This document shows positions 12,701-26,100 of a stretch of 64,000 nucleotides of DNA, one piece after another. Position 1 is the stretch's first letter. Every line of letters starts with the position of its first letter. The translations under genes were made by a program, and so were the position numbers. This DNA is from the human T2T-CHM13v2.0 reference genome, Homo sapiens, in the NCBI RefSeq assembly GCF_009914755.1, contig NC_060937.1. One strand, written 5' to 3'. Below the pieces are notes generated by a model. That model did no database searches and was not told where the DNA came from. It saw nothing but the letters and a program-made list of their open reading frames with translations.

Positions 12701-14193
12701 GGTTTGGGTATATTGTATGTCTATTTTCACTCTTTTAAATAATTTTTTCATTTCTGCCTTAATTTTATTGATTACCCAAAAGTCGTTCAGAAACAGTTGT
12801 TTAGTTTCCATGTACTTGTATAGCTTTGAGAGCTTCTCTTGGTATTGATTTCCGATTTTATTTCACTGTGGTCCAAGAAGACACTCGGGAGGATTTCAAA
12901 TTTTTTTGAAATTATTGAGACTTGCCTTATGGCTGAGCATACAGTTGATTTTAGAAAATATTCCACACACAGAAGAGAAGACTGTATATTGTGTAGTTGT
13001 TGAGTAGAATATTTTATGGTTGTCTATTAGATCCATTTGCTCTATAGTCTGGTTTAGTCTGTTTATAGAAAATATAGTCTAGTTTGTTTGTTGCTTTTCT
13101 GCTTTGATGATCTGTTTAGTGATGTCAGTAGGGTCCTGATGTCTCCCACTATTATTATATTGCTATCAGTCTGTTTCCTTAGGTCTAGTAGAATTTGTTG
13201 TATGAATTTAGGTGTTCCAGTGTTGCATGCATGTATTTTTGGAATAGTTATATCTTCTTGTTTTACTGAACCCCTTATCATTACATAATGCTATTCTTTA
13301 TCTTTTTTTAACTTCTGTTTGTTTAAACTCTTATCTAATATGAGAATGACTACTTTTATTTTATTTTATTTTCCATTTGTGTGACATATCTTTTTCTGTC
13401 CTTTTATTTTGAGTCTGAATGTGCCTTTGATCAGTAGGTGGGTCTCTTGTAGACAGAATATGTTTGGATCTACTTTTGTATTCAATTTGCCACTCTTTCA
13501 AGTGGGATATTCAGGTCGTTTAGGTTCAAGATTAATATTGATATGTGAGATTTTGTTCTCTACATAGTGTTGTTAGCTAGTCATTTTGGAGTTTTGATTG
13601 CATAGTTGCTTTATAGGGTCTGTGAGTGAGAAGCAGTAGGGGCAGTGGTCACACAGTATGCAATCTGCTTGCTCTTCAGTACCATGGCTGTGGTGTCTAT
13701 TCCGGTGACGTTCAAAAGTACTTTGTCTTCCTTCTTGGCAAGGCAGTGGCAGCTGGTGCTGGGATATTCAGGGATCAAAGGCCCATGGGGTTCCATGTGG
13801 GCTTGAGTGGTGCCTGTACACAGACTCCAGGCAGTTCTCTCTGTTAGTCTGGAATCCTGGGGAGGCCAGGGGTTGTCTCTCATGGTCAAGATTGCAAAAT
13901 TCTTTGACAGAAGAGTGAATCCCCAGTGATTTCTCACTCTTGCACCCTTTCTCTGCACTATGGAGCTTCCCCAGGCATTGCAATGGTCTGGGTGGGCAGC
14001 TGCTTCACTGGGTGTACCTTTGCTGCTTCACTCCTCTTTGCTCTCCATGGGTCTCATTTCTTCCCTGGTGAATCCCAGTGTGATCTCTTAGACAATCTAC
14101 TTGCCAGGTTAGTATTTACTTGCTTCTTTCTTTCCTCTCCTCAAGTGAGATTCACATTAGCTGCTTCCAGTCAGCCATCTTAAACTGGAACCC
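9704..14193 (-). mobile_element. L1PA16/17-like LINE: 3' UTR + decayed ORF2 + 5' terminus, ORF1 missing
   Basis: 3' UTR TTTTAGATTCAGGGGTACATGTG; ORF2 remnants in track ORFs 11025-11228 (KENYKTL...RFNAIPIK) and 13063-13281 (endonuclease-like IIVGD); 5' end AAGATGGCTGACTGGAAGCAGC on the minus strand at ~14160-14181. Internal deletions at ~10500 and ~13626. Confidence 0.9.
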
Positions 14194-14199
14194 AACACA

Positions 14200-16443
14200 A
14201 TTTCTTATGTTTAACATTTGCCTACTATATATTTTTCAACATTTTATTTCTAACCTGATTGTATCCTTATATTTAAATTGGATCTATTGTAAACTGTTTT
14301 TTTGTTTTGTTTTTATCTGCTGAACCTCTATCTTTTGACTGGACTATTAGGTCTGTTTATATTTAATGTAATCTATGATATAGTTGGGTATAAGTGTACT
14401 ATTTTACATTTATTTGCCATTTGATATTTATTTCCTTGTTCCTAATTGAGTTAATTTAAATCAATTTTTATTTTTGTCATTCAAGTGTTCTCCACTATTG
14501 GCTTGAATATACCTCTTTTGTATTATTATTATTATTATTGCTACTTTAAGAGTTAAAATATACATGGTTAAATTATTAGAGTCTATTTCAAATTATTATT
14601 ATACTACTTCACATAAAATAAAATAAGTTTAGGTATAATTTAATTGATCCCCATCCCCTGTACTATCATTATTTATATTTTACTACTATTATGTTATAAA
14701 GCCTACTATGCATATTATATTTTATTTAAATAGTCAATCATTTTCTAATAATTTCTGAGGTTTTACAAAATATTTACTCATATATTCATCATTTTGAGTA
14801 ATCCTTTTTCCTTTATGGAGATTTAGGCTTTTATCTGTGATTATTCCACTTTAGCCAGAAGAAATGTTCTACTCCTTGTTGTGAACATCTACTGGTGACA
14901 CAAATCTCAGCTTTTGTATATTGAAAATATCGTTATTCTGCCTCTAGCTTTAAGGACATACTTTAAGTGGATCTAGAATTTCCATTTGACAGGGATTTTT
15001 CTTTTCCTCAAGGCATTTTGAAAATGTTATTCCATCATGTACTCTACTACATTTTTTGGAAGAGAAGGCAGTCATCTTTATTGTTGTATATTAAATATAA
15101 TAGACATTAATTTCCTTCCCACTGCTTTTATAATTTTTTCTCTTCCCTTTGGTTTTAGCAGTTTGACTATAAATGCCTATGTATGAGTGTCTTGGATATT
15201 CTGAACCTTTAGAAGATATGAGTTGTTTTTCTATCAATTTGGAAAAAAATAGCCATTTATATTAGGTTAATTTTTGTACCTTACTCTTCCATCCCTTTCT
15301 AAAATTCTAATGATATATTTAATATATAGTAGATTGTTTGATTCTATCCCACAAGACTTAGACTTTCTGTTAGTTTTAATTATCTTTTTCTCTACATGTC
15401 TTAATTTCTGTGATTTTAAATATGAATATTTTTTCTTTGTCTTGTCTTCTTTTAAGCAGTATCAATGAATTTTTATTTAAGATATTGATGTTTTTAGCTA
15501 TAAAAGTTTTAGTCGGTTCTTCTCCAGTTTTGCAATTTTCTTGCCAAAATTTTCTGTTTTCATTCATTTTGTTCACTATTTCTGCAAATTTTTAAAATGT
15601 ATTCATAAGACATATTTAATACCCTTGTCTACAGATATCACCATACAGATTAATTGTGGGAAATGCTTGTATTGACTGTTCCTTCCCTTGATTATATATT
15701 TTGTTTTTGCTTTTTCTCATATTTCATTTTGTTTTGCTTTAAACATATGCAGGAAATTATTACAAAGTATGTTATAAAAGATTTGGTTTGTGTTATCTTC
15801 CTTTGAAGAGTATAGAGCTTTAATGTGGTAGGAACTTACTGCTGGGGGATTATTTTTTATTTTATTTTATTTTTATAATTTGGGGTCTTGGTTAGAGGGA
15901 GTTATTTTGTTTTTTACCATAGTTCTAGGGCACAAATGTGGCCTTTCTAAGATTTTGACTGAATTCCTGGGTTGTTCACCAATAGAAATCTTTCCAAACA
16001 TATCTCTGAAGTTGCTGAAATCTTTGCCTCACTCTCAGCCCTAAGCAGCTGTTTTTCACAAGGCTTATGGAATTGCACTCTGTGCATGGGCTGCTTATTA
16101 TTCACCAAAGAGTCTGATATCCTGCCCTGCAAATTCCAATTGCCTTAACAAAGCTAAACTCCAATCTCAGTTTACTCAGCCAAGGCTCTATTTTCTGATT
16201 AACAAGATACCTCTTTCTATTAAAATGGACTTGGTCATGATGACGGTTCGGAAATTGGCCTCAGGCAGAAAGCTAAATAAATGTAATACTCAGCTCACAT
16301 GCTTTCCTGCTTACAGATATCACAGCCCTGTGCTCTCCATTGCCCAGTGAATGCTTCCTATATTTTATCTAGTTTTATAGTTGTTTGCAGCAAGAGAGCA
16401 ATTCCAATAGCAGCTGCTCTGTCATGGCAAGAAGCTAGAAGTT
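14200..16443 (-). mobile_element. Ancient L1M (L1ME/L1MD-class) ORF1 and 5' region
   Basis: Degenerate reverse ORF1/ORF2-start motifs (CAAATCTCAGCTTTTG, TTTTAGCAGTTTGACTAT) and an L1M 5' end CTTCTAGCTTCTTGCCATGACAGAG...CAACTATAAAACTAGATAAAATAT on the minus strand. Confidence 0.65.
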
Positions 16444-18826
16444 TCTATTTAAATTTTAATTTCTCAGTGGAATTGAGTTATATCATTATTCCTTTTCAAT
16501 GGTTATCAAAATATCAATTCTAACTGAAAATCAGTCTCAGAAATACATATTTTCATATTTCTAGTTATTCAACTAAGTTCTAGAACCAACAGAAAAAGAT
16601 AGAAGCTTTCTGTGGCTTGTTGATATTTGTTAGGAAAGATACCCTAACATTATTCAAACACCGTACGCCTTTTATCACCCATCATGAGAAAAAATGCTTA
16701 CTGTTTTCAAGGCACTAGCTTTAGTCTATTGACAAAACATAAAATACTATTAAAATATTTAAAATAATATGCATGAGGGAACTAAAAATGCATTGTGTAA
16801 ATAAAATATAAACAACTGAAAATTACTCAACTAGTTATACAAGACAACTATGAAGATGATGATAAAGACCAGTGATAAATGTACAAAAAATTATGGAAAA
16901 AGAGTTGTGAAGAAAATGCTTTAAAGAGTAGAGAATATTTGTATTATATCATAAACAAACAACAACGAAAATAAATTCTGAGTATGTCAAATAGGTGTGA
17001 TTATTTGAGGTAAATATAGAAATAGAAAAGTCAAAGATGTGATATTTCCACAATGGATAGAGCTTTTATCTTTTTACAAACTGGAACTTCAAATTGAGTA
17101 TCACTTTATGTAAATCAGTGGTTCTTAAATTTTACATCTAGTTTGCATATTTACTATAGAACTCTGATTCCGGTACAGTGTAATAATAATTGCCTTGAAA
17201 TTAATATCGTGATCTCTCTAGGAATAAATACTATCCTTGAATAAGTGTTGCTTATTTAGCTAATTGATAATATTTTGGCAAACATTTCTATTGAAATGCT
17301 TCAAATTCTTCAATTCTTTCTTTAAAGAGGTCATGTTATTTCTAGTTTCATACTTCACCTAGTTCTTCACCTAGCTGTGAGAATAATATGGATGTAATAT
17401 TTCACCTCCTTGGACATGTTAGTATGAAAAATTGAGGTAACTGGGTTATATGATACCTGAAGCCAGTATCCATTTTTAAATATAAAAACTGTCACTGATT
17501 ACATTTTAATCATACTACTTGTCTTATATGTTGCAGTATGCATTGTAAATAATTCAGTGATTTATAATTTATCGAGTATCAACCATGTACTTCAATATGC
17601 TGGATAGAGAAAAATAAAAAAATATTTTCTCTTTCTGAAAGTTGACAAATTAGAAGAGACCAATAAGCAAACAGTTAATTTGAACTACATGTGATATGTT
17701 AAAACAGAGATACAAATAAATCACACTGAGAAAAAGATTCATATAGAATTTCATTGGCAAGATTTTGAAAATCTAGAAAAGTAAATATTCTTGTTTCCAG
17801 GTCTAAAATTTTCTTAGGAAAGTGATTTGAATTTGGGAAGGGTATGGCAAAAATTTGTGCCATGAATACACTTACAATTTGCTATTACATAATATTTTGA
17901 GGATTACTTTACTTTCCTACATATATAACTTTATTTTTAAATGTCTGTTTTCTCTATTATTTTTTTCTTGTTCTTTCACTATTTCTTTTCTTTTTCTTTA
18001 TTTTAGACCCCAAATTTTGGCAAAAATAGTTGTTTTTGCTTTCAGTACTAGAAATCTTGCTAATATTTTAAATGAAGATATTAAATGTATTCTGATGAAT
18101 TTTTAAATTCATATGGGTAAATAACTTTTAACATTTTTATATAGTTGTATATTTGTCTTACAATGGCACAATATAGGAAAAAATTAAATTCTGTTTTTTG
18201 GAAACACTTTTTCTCAAGTGTATAAACAGATGAGAAATCACCATAGGACCCAATTAAATATTGGAATTTGTCATTGAGACAAAAGGCCTTCAGGCTTCAC
18301 TATTGCAACAAGGAGTTTAACAAATTTACAACTTAATAAATATTTGTAAAAGCAAAATCCTGGCAGTATTTTTCGTAGAATTGCTTAAAATAACTAATAA
18401 AATCATTTTCATATCTGGAGGGTAAAACATAGAAAATGAATAGATTTACTATTTTGTGAAAGTCAAATGTTGGTTACTTTGGTAAATAATAAATTATGAA
18501 AATCTAAAATATAATGTTATCTGCCACTGATCAGTGTTTAAATAATAACTTATCCAATATTGATTTTATCCACAGCATACCATAAAACTATTAAATGTAA
18601 AGAAAAATTTTTTCTATGAAAAAGTTCTTTTATTTTTTATATTTACTCATATCTCTTCGATTCTCTACAGTGTTTAGCATGAGTCTAAGTAGATAACAGT
18701 ACTAAATTTAAAGAAAAAGTTGAATTAGACAACCCCCAGCTGTTATTCTAAGCTATTCCCTCATGCAATTGTGATGGGAAATTAGAACTGATGGAACATA
18801 AAACTGATTGTATGTTTCTGTTTGCA

Positions 18827-19123
<297 letters not shown>

Positions 19124-19791
19124 TCTGTTGGCAATTTAAGTGCCATTTATTATTTATGATGTACATGGTAGATAAGGAACCCAAAATAAGGGATACAAAA
19201 ATATTATCCAAGATTTACCTTACGAGTAAAACAAGAATAACAACATAGTACTATTGACTTATTCTTTTAATTATTTTTATTTGTATATATATTTAGCATA
19301 TAGTCTTTATTAAAATATTGAATATATTATATGTAATATACAAATAATTACTGTATACAATTGAATAATGTATGTTGTACTAAATGGGTTTCTTGAATAT
19401 TCAAAGTTCTTTTGAAGGCATTTGTACTTGCTGTCCCCTTATCATGGAGCATTTATTTCTTAGATATTCATATGAATTGTTCTCCAGGTGTCTTTTAATT
19501 CCTTTTTTCATTCTAGCTTCTATACATTCCAAAGTATACATAATATTTATAAGAGTTGTTGTGCATGATTCTTTAATCAATTTCCATTAACCAACCACCC
19601 ATCAAGTTGAACATGGCCAATAACTTAGGTATTCTTTCCATATCCCATCACCCTTTCTAAACCCAAAGGTAACACCTATTCTAAACATTAGGATTAACAT
19701 CTCCTTCTTTTGCCATACTTGTATCATATGACTATTTATTCCTGAACTATATATTTCTAGTTTTCTTTGTTTTGAAGTTTTATAAAAATAA

Positions 19792-20297
19792 AGCACCCCA
19801 TCCCCCCCCAAAAAAAAACTAACCCCTGGAATCTAAGAATGTGTTATGTTTCAGGGCAAAGGGAAACCAAGAAAGCAGTTGGAATTAAAGCAGATGATCA
19901 GCGGACCTTAAAACAGGGAGATGATTGTGGTTTATTTGGGTGAGCCCAGTGTGATCAGAATGGTCCTTAAAGATAAAATAGAGAGTCAGTGAGAGTCAGA
20001 GGAGGAGATGTGACCACAGAAGCAGAAGTCAGTGTTGTGATTGCTGACTTTGAAGATGGGAGGGGGCCAAGAGCCAAGGAGCGCAGACAGCCTCAACAAG
20101 TCAGAAAAGGCAAGAAAATGGGGTTCTTCCCTTGGAGACTTCAGAAAAGAACACAGCCCAGTAGCTATCTTGATTTTAGCCCAGTTTAAACCTATTTCAA
20201 ACTTCTGGCCTCCAGAACTGTCAGATAACAAATTTTCATTGTTTTAAGACCGTATGATTGAGTTAACTTATTATAACAGAAATAAGAAAGTAATAGA
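19792..20297 (+). mobile_element. MLT1D-like MaLR LTR
   Basis: CTTAAAACAGGGAGATGATT...TGCTGACTTTGAAGATGG...GAAAAGGCAAGAAAATGG...CTTGATTTTAGCCCAG...TTCTGGCCTCCAGAACTG. Confidence 0.85.
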
Positions 20298-21174
20298 GAT
20301 ATGTAAAACTTTATGTAGTCTTCTGAGATAAGATTTTTTTCAAAAAATGTTATGTTTCAACGATTAACACATATACTCCTTTAGCTGTGCTTTATGCATC
20401 CCATGTGCTGTAGTGTAACCCACTCTTGTAAGATTGACTATAGTGCAATTTATTTATCCATCCATTCTTTGTCCATAGACATTTAGTTGTTTCCTTTTTT
20501 TGTTTGTTTGTGTGTGTATTTTTGCTATTACAAAAATGATGATGCTACAAATATTCTTGTGTATGGGTTCTGGTGTACATGTAAATCTCTGTAATGTAGG
20601 ATGAGTGACAAGTCAACTTTATAAAATAAGATCATATTATTTTCTTAAGTTGTTATACCAATTTACATTTCAAACAGCAATGTATAAGTATTTTTTAAAA
20701 AAATACACAGCCTCTTTTAACATTTGGTATTCTCCAACACCTTAATTTTTTATAATCTACAGTGGGGGTAAAATATATTTCATTGCATTTCCTTCATGAA
20801 TAACAAAATTGATCATCTTTTCAAATATATATTCCTCAAATGTGCTTATTTGGTAAAATGCCTACTCCTACTTTTTGACTGCTTTGTAATTTATTATTAA
20901 TTTTTATAATAATTTAGAGAAGTGCTTTTTATTGGTTATTTATATTTCAAATATCAACTACCCATTTGTGGCCTCTCTTCTTTCTTTGTATTTTTTGATG
21001 AGCAGAACTTCTAAATTTTAAATATTTTATCAATACTTAATTTAGCATTATGTACTTTAAAAAAATCTTTTCTTACCTGAAGGTATTTATACATAATCTA
21101 CATTGTCTTTTAAAGTTTTAAATTTTGCCTATAAAATTTAGGTGGTTTATCTACCAGGAAATGAGTTATTTTAA

Positions 21175-21445
21175 CTTTATCAACATTTTGTAGTTTTCAT
21201 TGATACGTAAAAAATGTGCATGTTTTCTGGGTACATGTGATAATTCGATACATTCACATAACCAAATCAGGATAATTTGATATCATCTTAAATATTTATT
21301 TTTTCTTTGTGCTAGAGACATTTGAATTATTCTTTTTTAGTTATTTTGAAATGTTCAGTCGATGATGAATCAGTCATTGATTAATCATCCTCCTTATCTG
21401 TCAAACACCATGTCTTATTTCTTCTGTTTAACTGTATGTCTGCTT
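21175..21445 (-). mobile_element. L1MA-class 3' end fragment
   Basis: GGGTACATGTGATAATT...CAAATCAGGATAATT...TTTGTGCTAGAGACATTTGAATTATTCTTTTTTAGTTATTTTGAAATG. Confidence 0.75.
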
Positions 21446-22232
21446 TAATTGTGTGAAGTACTTGTTCATTTTCCCCCTAAGGATAGACATTTTTTGAAAT
21501 GTCAAAACTCTCATTATTTCCCCCAAGGATATAATACCACTTCCATCATGCCTAAGTTTCCATGCCCAAGTGTGCCTGGTTCTGTACTGTGTAGTGTAAT
21601 CCACATGTCAATCTATGTGTCACTGTATCAATACCACAGTGTCTTAGTCACTGTAGCTGTGTAGTGAGTTTTGATAACTGGTGAGGAAAAGGCCCCTCTC
21701 TACCCCATTGACCTTCACATTTTCACATTTAATATTAAATTCAGATTTTCGTCTTTAAAAAATGTGATTTTAATTGAGATTATATTTAAACTGCATATCT
21801 TTTTAGATGAATAAAAAACTTTGACATATTGACATCTTCAATTTTGGAATATAATATACTTCATTTACTTAGATACTATTTATAACTTTAATTATTAGTA
21901 TATTTTCAGGATTTATGTCTTATGATATGATAGTATTGATGTATATTTCTTTTTAATTTATTAACAAGGTTTCTTTTAATTCTTATTCTGTCTCATTTGT
22001 GTTTTTCTTCATTTGCATATTTTTAAATCATGAATGGCTATTGAATTCTATCTAACTCTTACTTCACCAAGTAGGATTATTTAAAAATTTTGTTTATCTT
22101 CTAATCATCTTTTAATCTTTTAATGTTATTAATTGCTTGATAATTTTTTCTAATGTTGCCCTATCTGTATTCTTGAAATGAATGCAGTAGATGAAATTGA
22201 GGTCATCACTTTTGTAGACATTGCTTGCTAAA

Positions 22233-22590
22233 TGTGGTAGTCATTAGTGCTACTCACTGATATTTGTTTCTTCTCTTCTTTCTTCCCTAACTTTAATTAG
22301 GCATAGCCAATTCATGGTGAATGGAAGACCTGTGTGTCACTTCTGGGCTGCAATATTTAATTACAAGTCTGAACTGTCCAGAACGATCTTCCTCCTTCCA
22401 AAGAGATCTTGGAAGCACATGTTGCAATAGAGCTTGTGAGCTTCTAGTTCACTGAATGACTCATTGAATAGAGTTCTTTCGACAACCAGAAAATGGGCAT
22501 AAGGGAAAATAAACTTTTTTTTTCTGTTAAACATATGTGATTTGGGAGCTTTTTATACCACAGCATTACCTGACCTATCTAAGTGATAGA
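22233..22590 (+). mobile_element. MLT1I/J-like MaLR LTR
   Basis: TGTGGTAGTCATTAGTGCT start, GTGTGTCACTTCTGGGCTG core, AATAAACTT...GATTTGGGAG...CACAGCAT end. Confidence 0.7.
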
Positions 22591-23039
22591 GTGAGAGTCA
22601 ATAAGAATCAATATTCATAAATCAGACTCGCCTATAATTTTCATTTGTCAAACTATCCTTTTCTAGTGTCAGATAACGTTGCACTGTTTTCATAGAATAA
22701 TATACATTTTCATATCTTTGGATGAATTTTATGATCTTGGAATGATGTACTCCTTTTACATCTGCTAAATCTCAAGTGTAAATTTTTTTTTTTTTAGTTT
22801 GTGGGAAGATTTTAGCAAATGTTCATGTTGAAGGCTTTTTCTAACTTTCCTAAGTTCTTTGAAGAGATAATGCTAGTATTTCATATAAAGAAGATATGTA
22901 GAAAAGCGATTTGAGAATGGAGATAAAAAGAATCAAATGTTTACTCATGCTGAGAAATGGCAGATCCTTGGGCTGCAGAAAGAGAGGATGGGATTTGTTC
23001 GTTGTTCTCTGACCTTACCTTAGGAAATTTGTAAGACCT

Positions 23040-23139
23040 CACACAAATATTAGGTTGGCACGAAAGTAATTGCAGTTTTTACCATTACTTTTAATGGCAA
23101 AAGCCACAATTACTTTTGTGCCAACCTAATATTTGGCAT
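23040..23139 (-). ncRNA. MIR548X2: miR-548-family precursor hairpin, probably hsa-mir-548x-2
   Basis: The minus strand folds into a long hairpin whose 3' arm contains UAAAAACUGCAAUUACUUUC (23062-23081), matching my recollection of miR-548x-3p. miR-548 genes are MADE1-derived. The locus identity is from memory, not checked. Confidence 0.6.
23050..23129. mobile_element. MADE1 (Hsmar1-derived 80-bp palindromic MITE)
   Basis: TTAGGTTGGCACGAAAGTAATTGC...CACAATTACTTTTGTGCCAACCTAA, exactly 80 bp, flanked by TA TSDs at 23048-49 and 23130-31. Confidence 0.97.
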
Positions 23140-24797
23140 CTATGGGGTTTACCACTGAAGCATGACATCTTCTAAAAGATTATCATTCTCAAAGCAAAGA
23201 AAAAGAAAACCAGATGCATAGGATCTGAAACAGTCATGCTGGCTTGTACCTTGTGTATTCCAGTGGCAATCAATGTGCGCCCACACTGAAGGATCAGGGG
23301 GATTTCCTAAAGCAAATTGTTCTAATTCTCTGTAGGATTCTAGAAACTTGACATAATTTAGAAAAACTTTTTGATTACAATAGAAATATAATTTTCCATA
23401 ATTTCTGTGGGTTTACTATCAGATACAAATAAAGATTGATTTAAATAAATAAAAAATGTGATATTTGCACACATTAATTTCTAATTGACATACTTACATT
23501 TAGATTTTTATTTTAACAGAAATAATGTAAACAAACTCCTGGGAATTGCTCTTCAACTTTGTTCTTGAATAAATACATAAGTCAAATTCTTAGAAGAGAG
23601 GCAGACATATCAGGCTTCACACTGCTTAGTGGCTTGTAGCATCTCTTGATATCAATATAGAAATAATACAAAAGCCTTTGAAATTTTTAGTATTCAACAA
23701 TGAAAAGCCTGAGTTCTCCAGGAAAAAAAAAGAATCTGTCCCAGAGCAGTTGTTGAAGAGGCCAGATGAGGGAGCCTGTACAGAGAGTCATTTCCCATTG
23801 AGGGAAACTTTGATGAAATGGAGGGAGGAGATGAGAAGCAAATGGAGGATAAATTCTCTCTTAGAACGCCCCCTGGGTGAACTGTGTGGAGATGCAGGAG
23901 TTCATACAGCTTTTCTCATGATGTCTAGCAAGACCGAAAAATCAGATGTGCTTCTTAAGAAGTACATAACTAAAATGGAAATAAAAGTGGAGTGGTTGTT
24001 AAGTCAATTCTCTCATGACAATTTACGCAACTTCCTCTATTTTCTATTTTCTTACATCCATATGATCTGCTTTCTCTCATGGCTCTCATTTTAGAAACAC
24101 CTCTTGGCAGTGTGCAATGACATTTTTGCTTGTTTTGAAACAACCAAAAACTCAGGTTGCTTAACTCCCTATCTCATCTAGTTCCTTAAATTATTCAGTC
24201 TTGTAGAACTTGGCAAAGGAAAAATGAGAAAATGGTCCTGCTCAGTAGAAATCTGTTGATTTCTATCCACTGAAATCCATTAGTCTTTGAAGTTAACTCT
24301 TTCTTAATGTGTCCTTATGTTACAGTAAGTATGGTGATTCCATTTATGGATAGATACACATTATTTTGTTTCCAGAAATATTTTAGAAAAATAATGTACA
24401 CTTCAATCTATATTGGCAACCAATAATCCATGGTATTTTGTCGTCCGCTTTCAGAGACCTTGCAATATTTGAGATTTGTTTTCTACTAAATTTAATTTCT
24501 TACTAATATAGACCTTCTGTGTTAGACTCCTATCTGATTTCATATATGAGTTTGAAACATTATCACATGACTGAATCAACTTTGTGAGCAAATTATTCCA
24601 AAAAAACAAATATTTACTCATATTAATCACCTTCTCAAAAAATTTTGATAGTTTCATATCAGAGAAAAATTTCCTATAAACCAAAGTAAACTCAGTGTCC
24701 AAGACCCCCTAACATCAGGTTCCAACTAATCTTTCAAGACTTACTTCATCAAACTCCATTAGAAAAACAGTCTGGTCTTACAGCTTTTTCAAAAACT

Positions 24798-26100
24798 AGC
24801 AATTTAGTTTAATTAATTCCCATTTATGAATTTTTTGTTGCTTATATTTTAAGGTCTTGGTCATGATTATTATTATTATTATTTTTTGCCTAGACAAATG
24901 TCCCAAAGAGTTTTTCTAGGCTTTCTTCTAGTATTTTAGTCATTTTAGGTCCTGCATGTGTTTAATCCATCTTGAGTGAATTTTTGTATGGTAAGAAATA
25001 GGGGATCAGTTTGATGTTTCTGCATATAGCAAGCAATCCAATTTTTCCGAACACCATTTATTGAAAAGGGTGTCCCTTCCCCAGTGTATGAGTTTGTCAA
25101 CTTTGTCAAAGATCAGTTGGCTTCTGTACAGCAAAAGAAATAACCAATAGTGAACAGACAACCTGCAGCATAGGAGAAAATATTTGCAAATTATGCATCC
25201 TACATGGATTAATATTTAGAATTTACAAGGAATTCACACAAAGCAATAAATAAATAAATAATTCCATTAAAAATAGTCAAAGGACAGGAATACACATTTT
25301 TCAGCAGAAGACGTACAAATGACCAAGAGACATATGAAAAAAAACTTAGTGTAACAAATCATCAGACAAATGCAAATTAAAAGCACAATGAGATACCGTA
25401 TTATACCAGTCAGAATAGTTATCACAAAAAAGACAGAAAATAACAAATGTTGATGAGGATGCACAGAAAAGGGAACATTTATACACTCTTACTGAGACTG
25501 TAAACTAGTACCACTTCTATGGAAAATAATATAGAGGATCCTCAGAGAACTAAAACTAGAACTACCATTTGATCCAGCAATCCCATTACTGAGTATCTAC
25601 CCAAAGGAAAATAAATCATGATAGCAAAAGATACCCTCACTTGTATGTTTATGGCAGCACTATTCACAAAAGAAAAGATATGGAATCAACCTAACTGTCC
25701 ATTAGCAGAAGATCAGATGAAGAAAATGTAGTATAGGTACACTATGGAATACTACTCAGATATTAAAAAAATGAAATCATGTCTTTTGCAGCAACATGAG
25801 TGGGACTGGACGTCATTATTTTATGCGAAACAACTCAGAAATGGGCAAATACCACATGCTCTCACTTATAAGTTGGAGCCAAATAATGTGTACACGTAGG
25901 CATAGAATGTGAAATGATAGATAATTGAAACTTGGAAGGGCGGCGAGGATGGGAGAGGATGAGTGATGAGAAATTACCTAATGGGTACAATGTACAGTAT
26001 TTGAGTGGTGTATGCACTAAAAGCCATAACTTCACCACTATGCAATATATTCATGTTACAAAATTATACTTGCACCCCTTAAATTTATACAAATGAAAAA
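24798..26100 (+). mobile_element. L1PB-class (L1PB4-like) element with inverted 5' segment
   Basis: 24798-25120 is reverse ORF2; 25121-26100 is forward ORF2 end + 3' UTR (GAGAAATTACCTAATGGGTACAATGTAC...CTTCACCACTATGCAATAT). The two pieces are contiguous in L1 coordinates. Confidence 0.9.

Larger units (their letters stand above)
19500..22860 (-). mobile_element. Ancient L1ME-class 3' end/ORF2, interrupted by MLT1D, L1MA and MLT1I/J
   Basis: CCCAAAGGTAACACCTATTCT, GACATTTAGTTGTTTCC, TATACCAATTTACATT and ATACCACAGTGTCTTAGTCACTGTAGCT are colinear reverse L1M motifs. Confidence 0.6.

Noticed and set aside
23863-23880. CTCF-like motif (CACCCAGGGGGCGT on the minus strand); a similar one at ~33004-33018
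   Set aside because: Mismatches in the 5' core; a match of this quality is expected by chance without ChIP data.
23678-24094. 138-aa ORF in apparently unique sequence
   Set aside because: Non-ATG start, no recognisable domain and no supporting exon structure.
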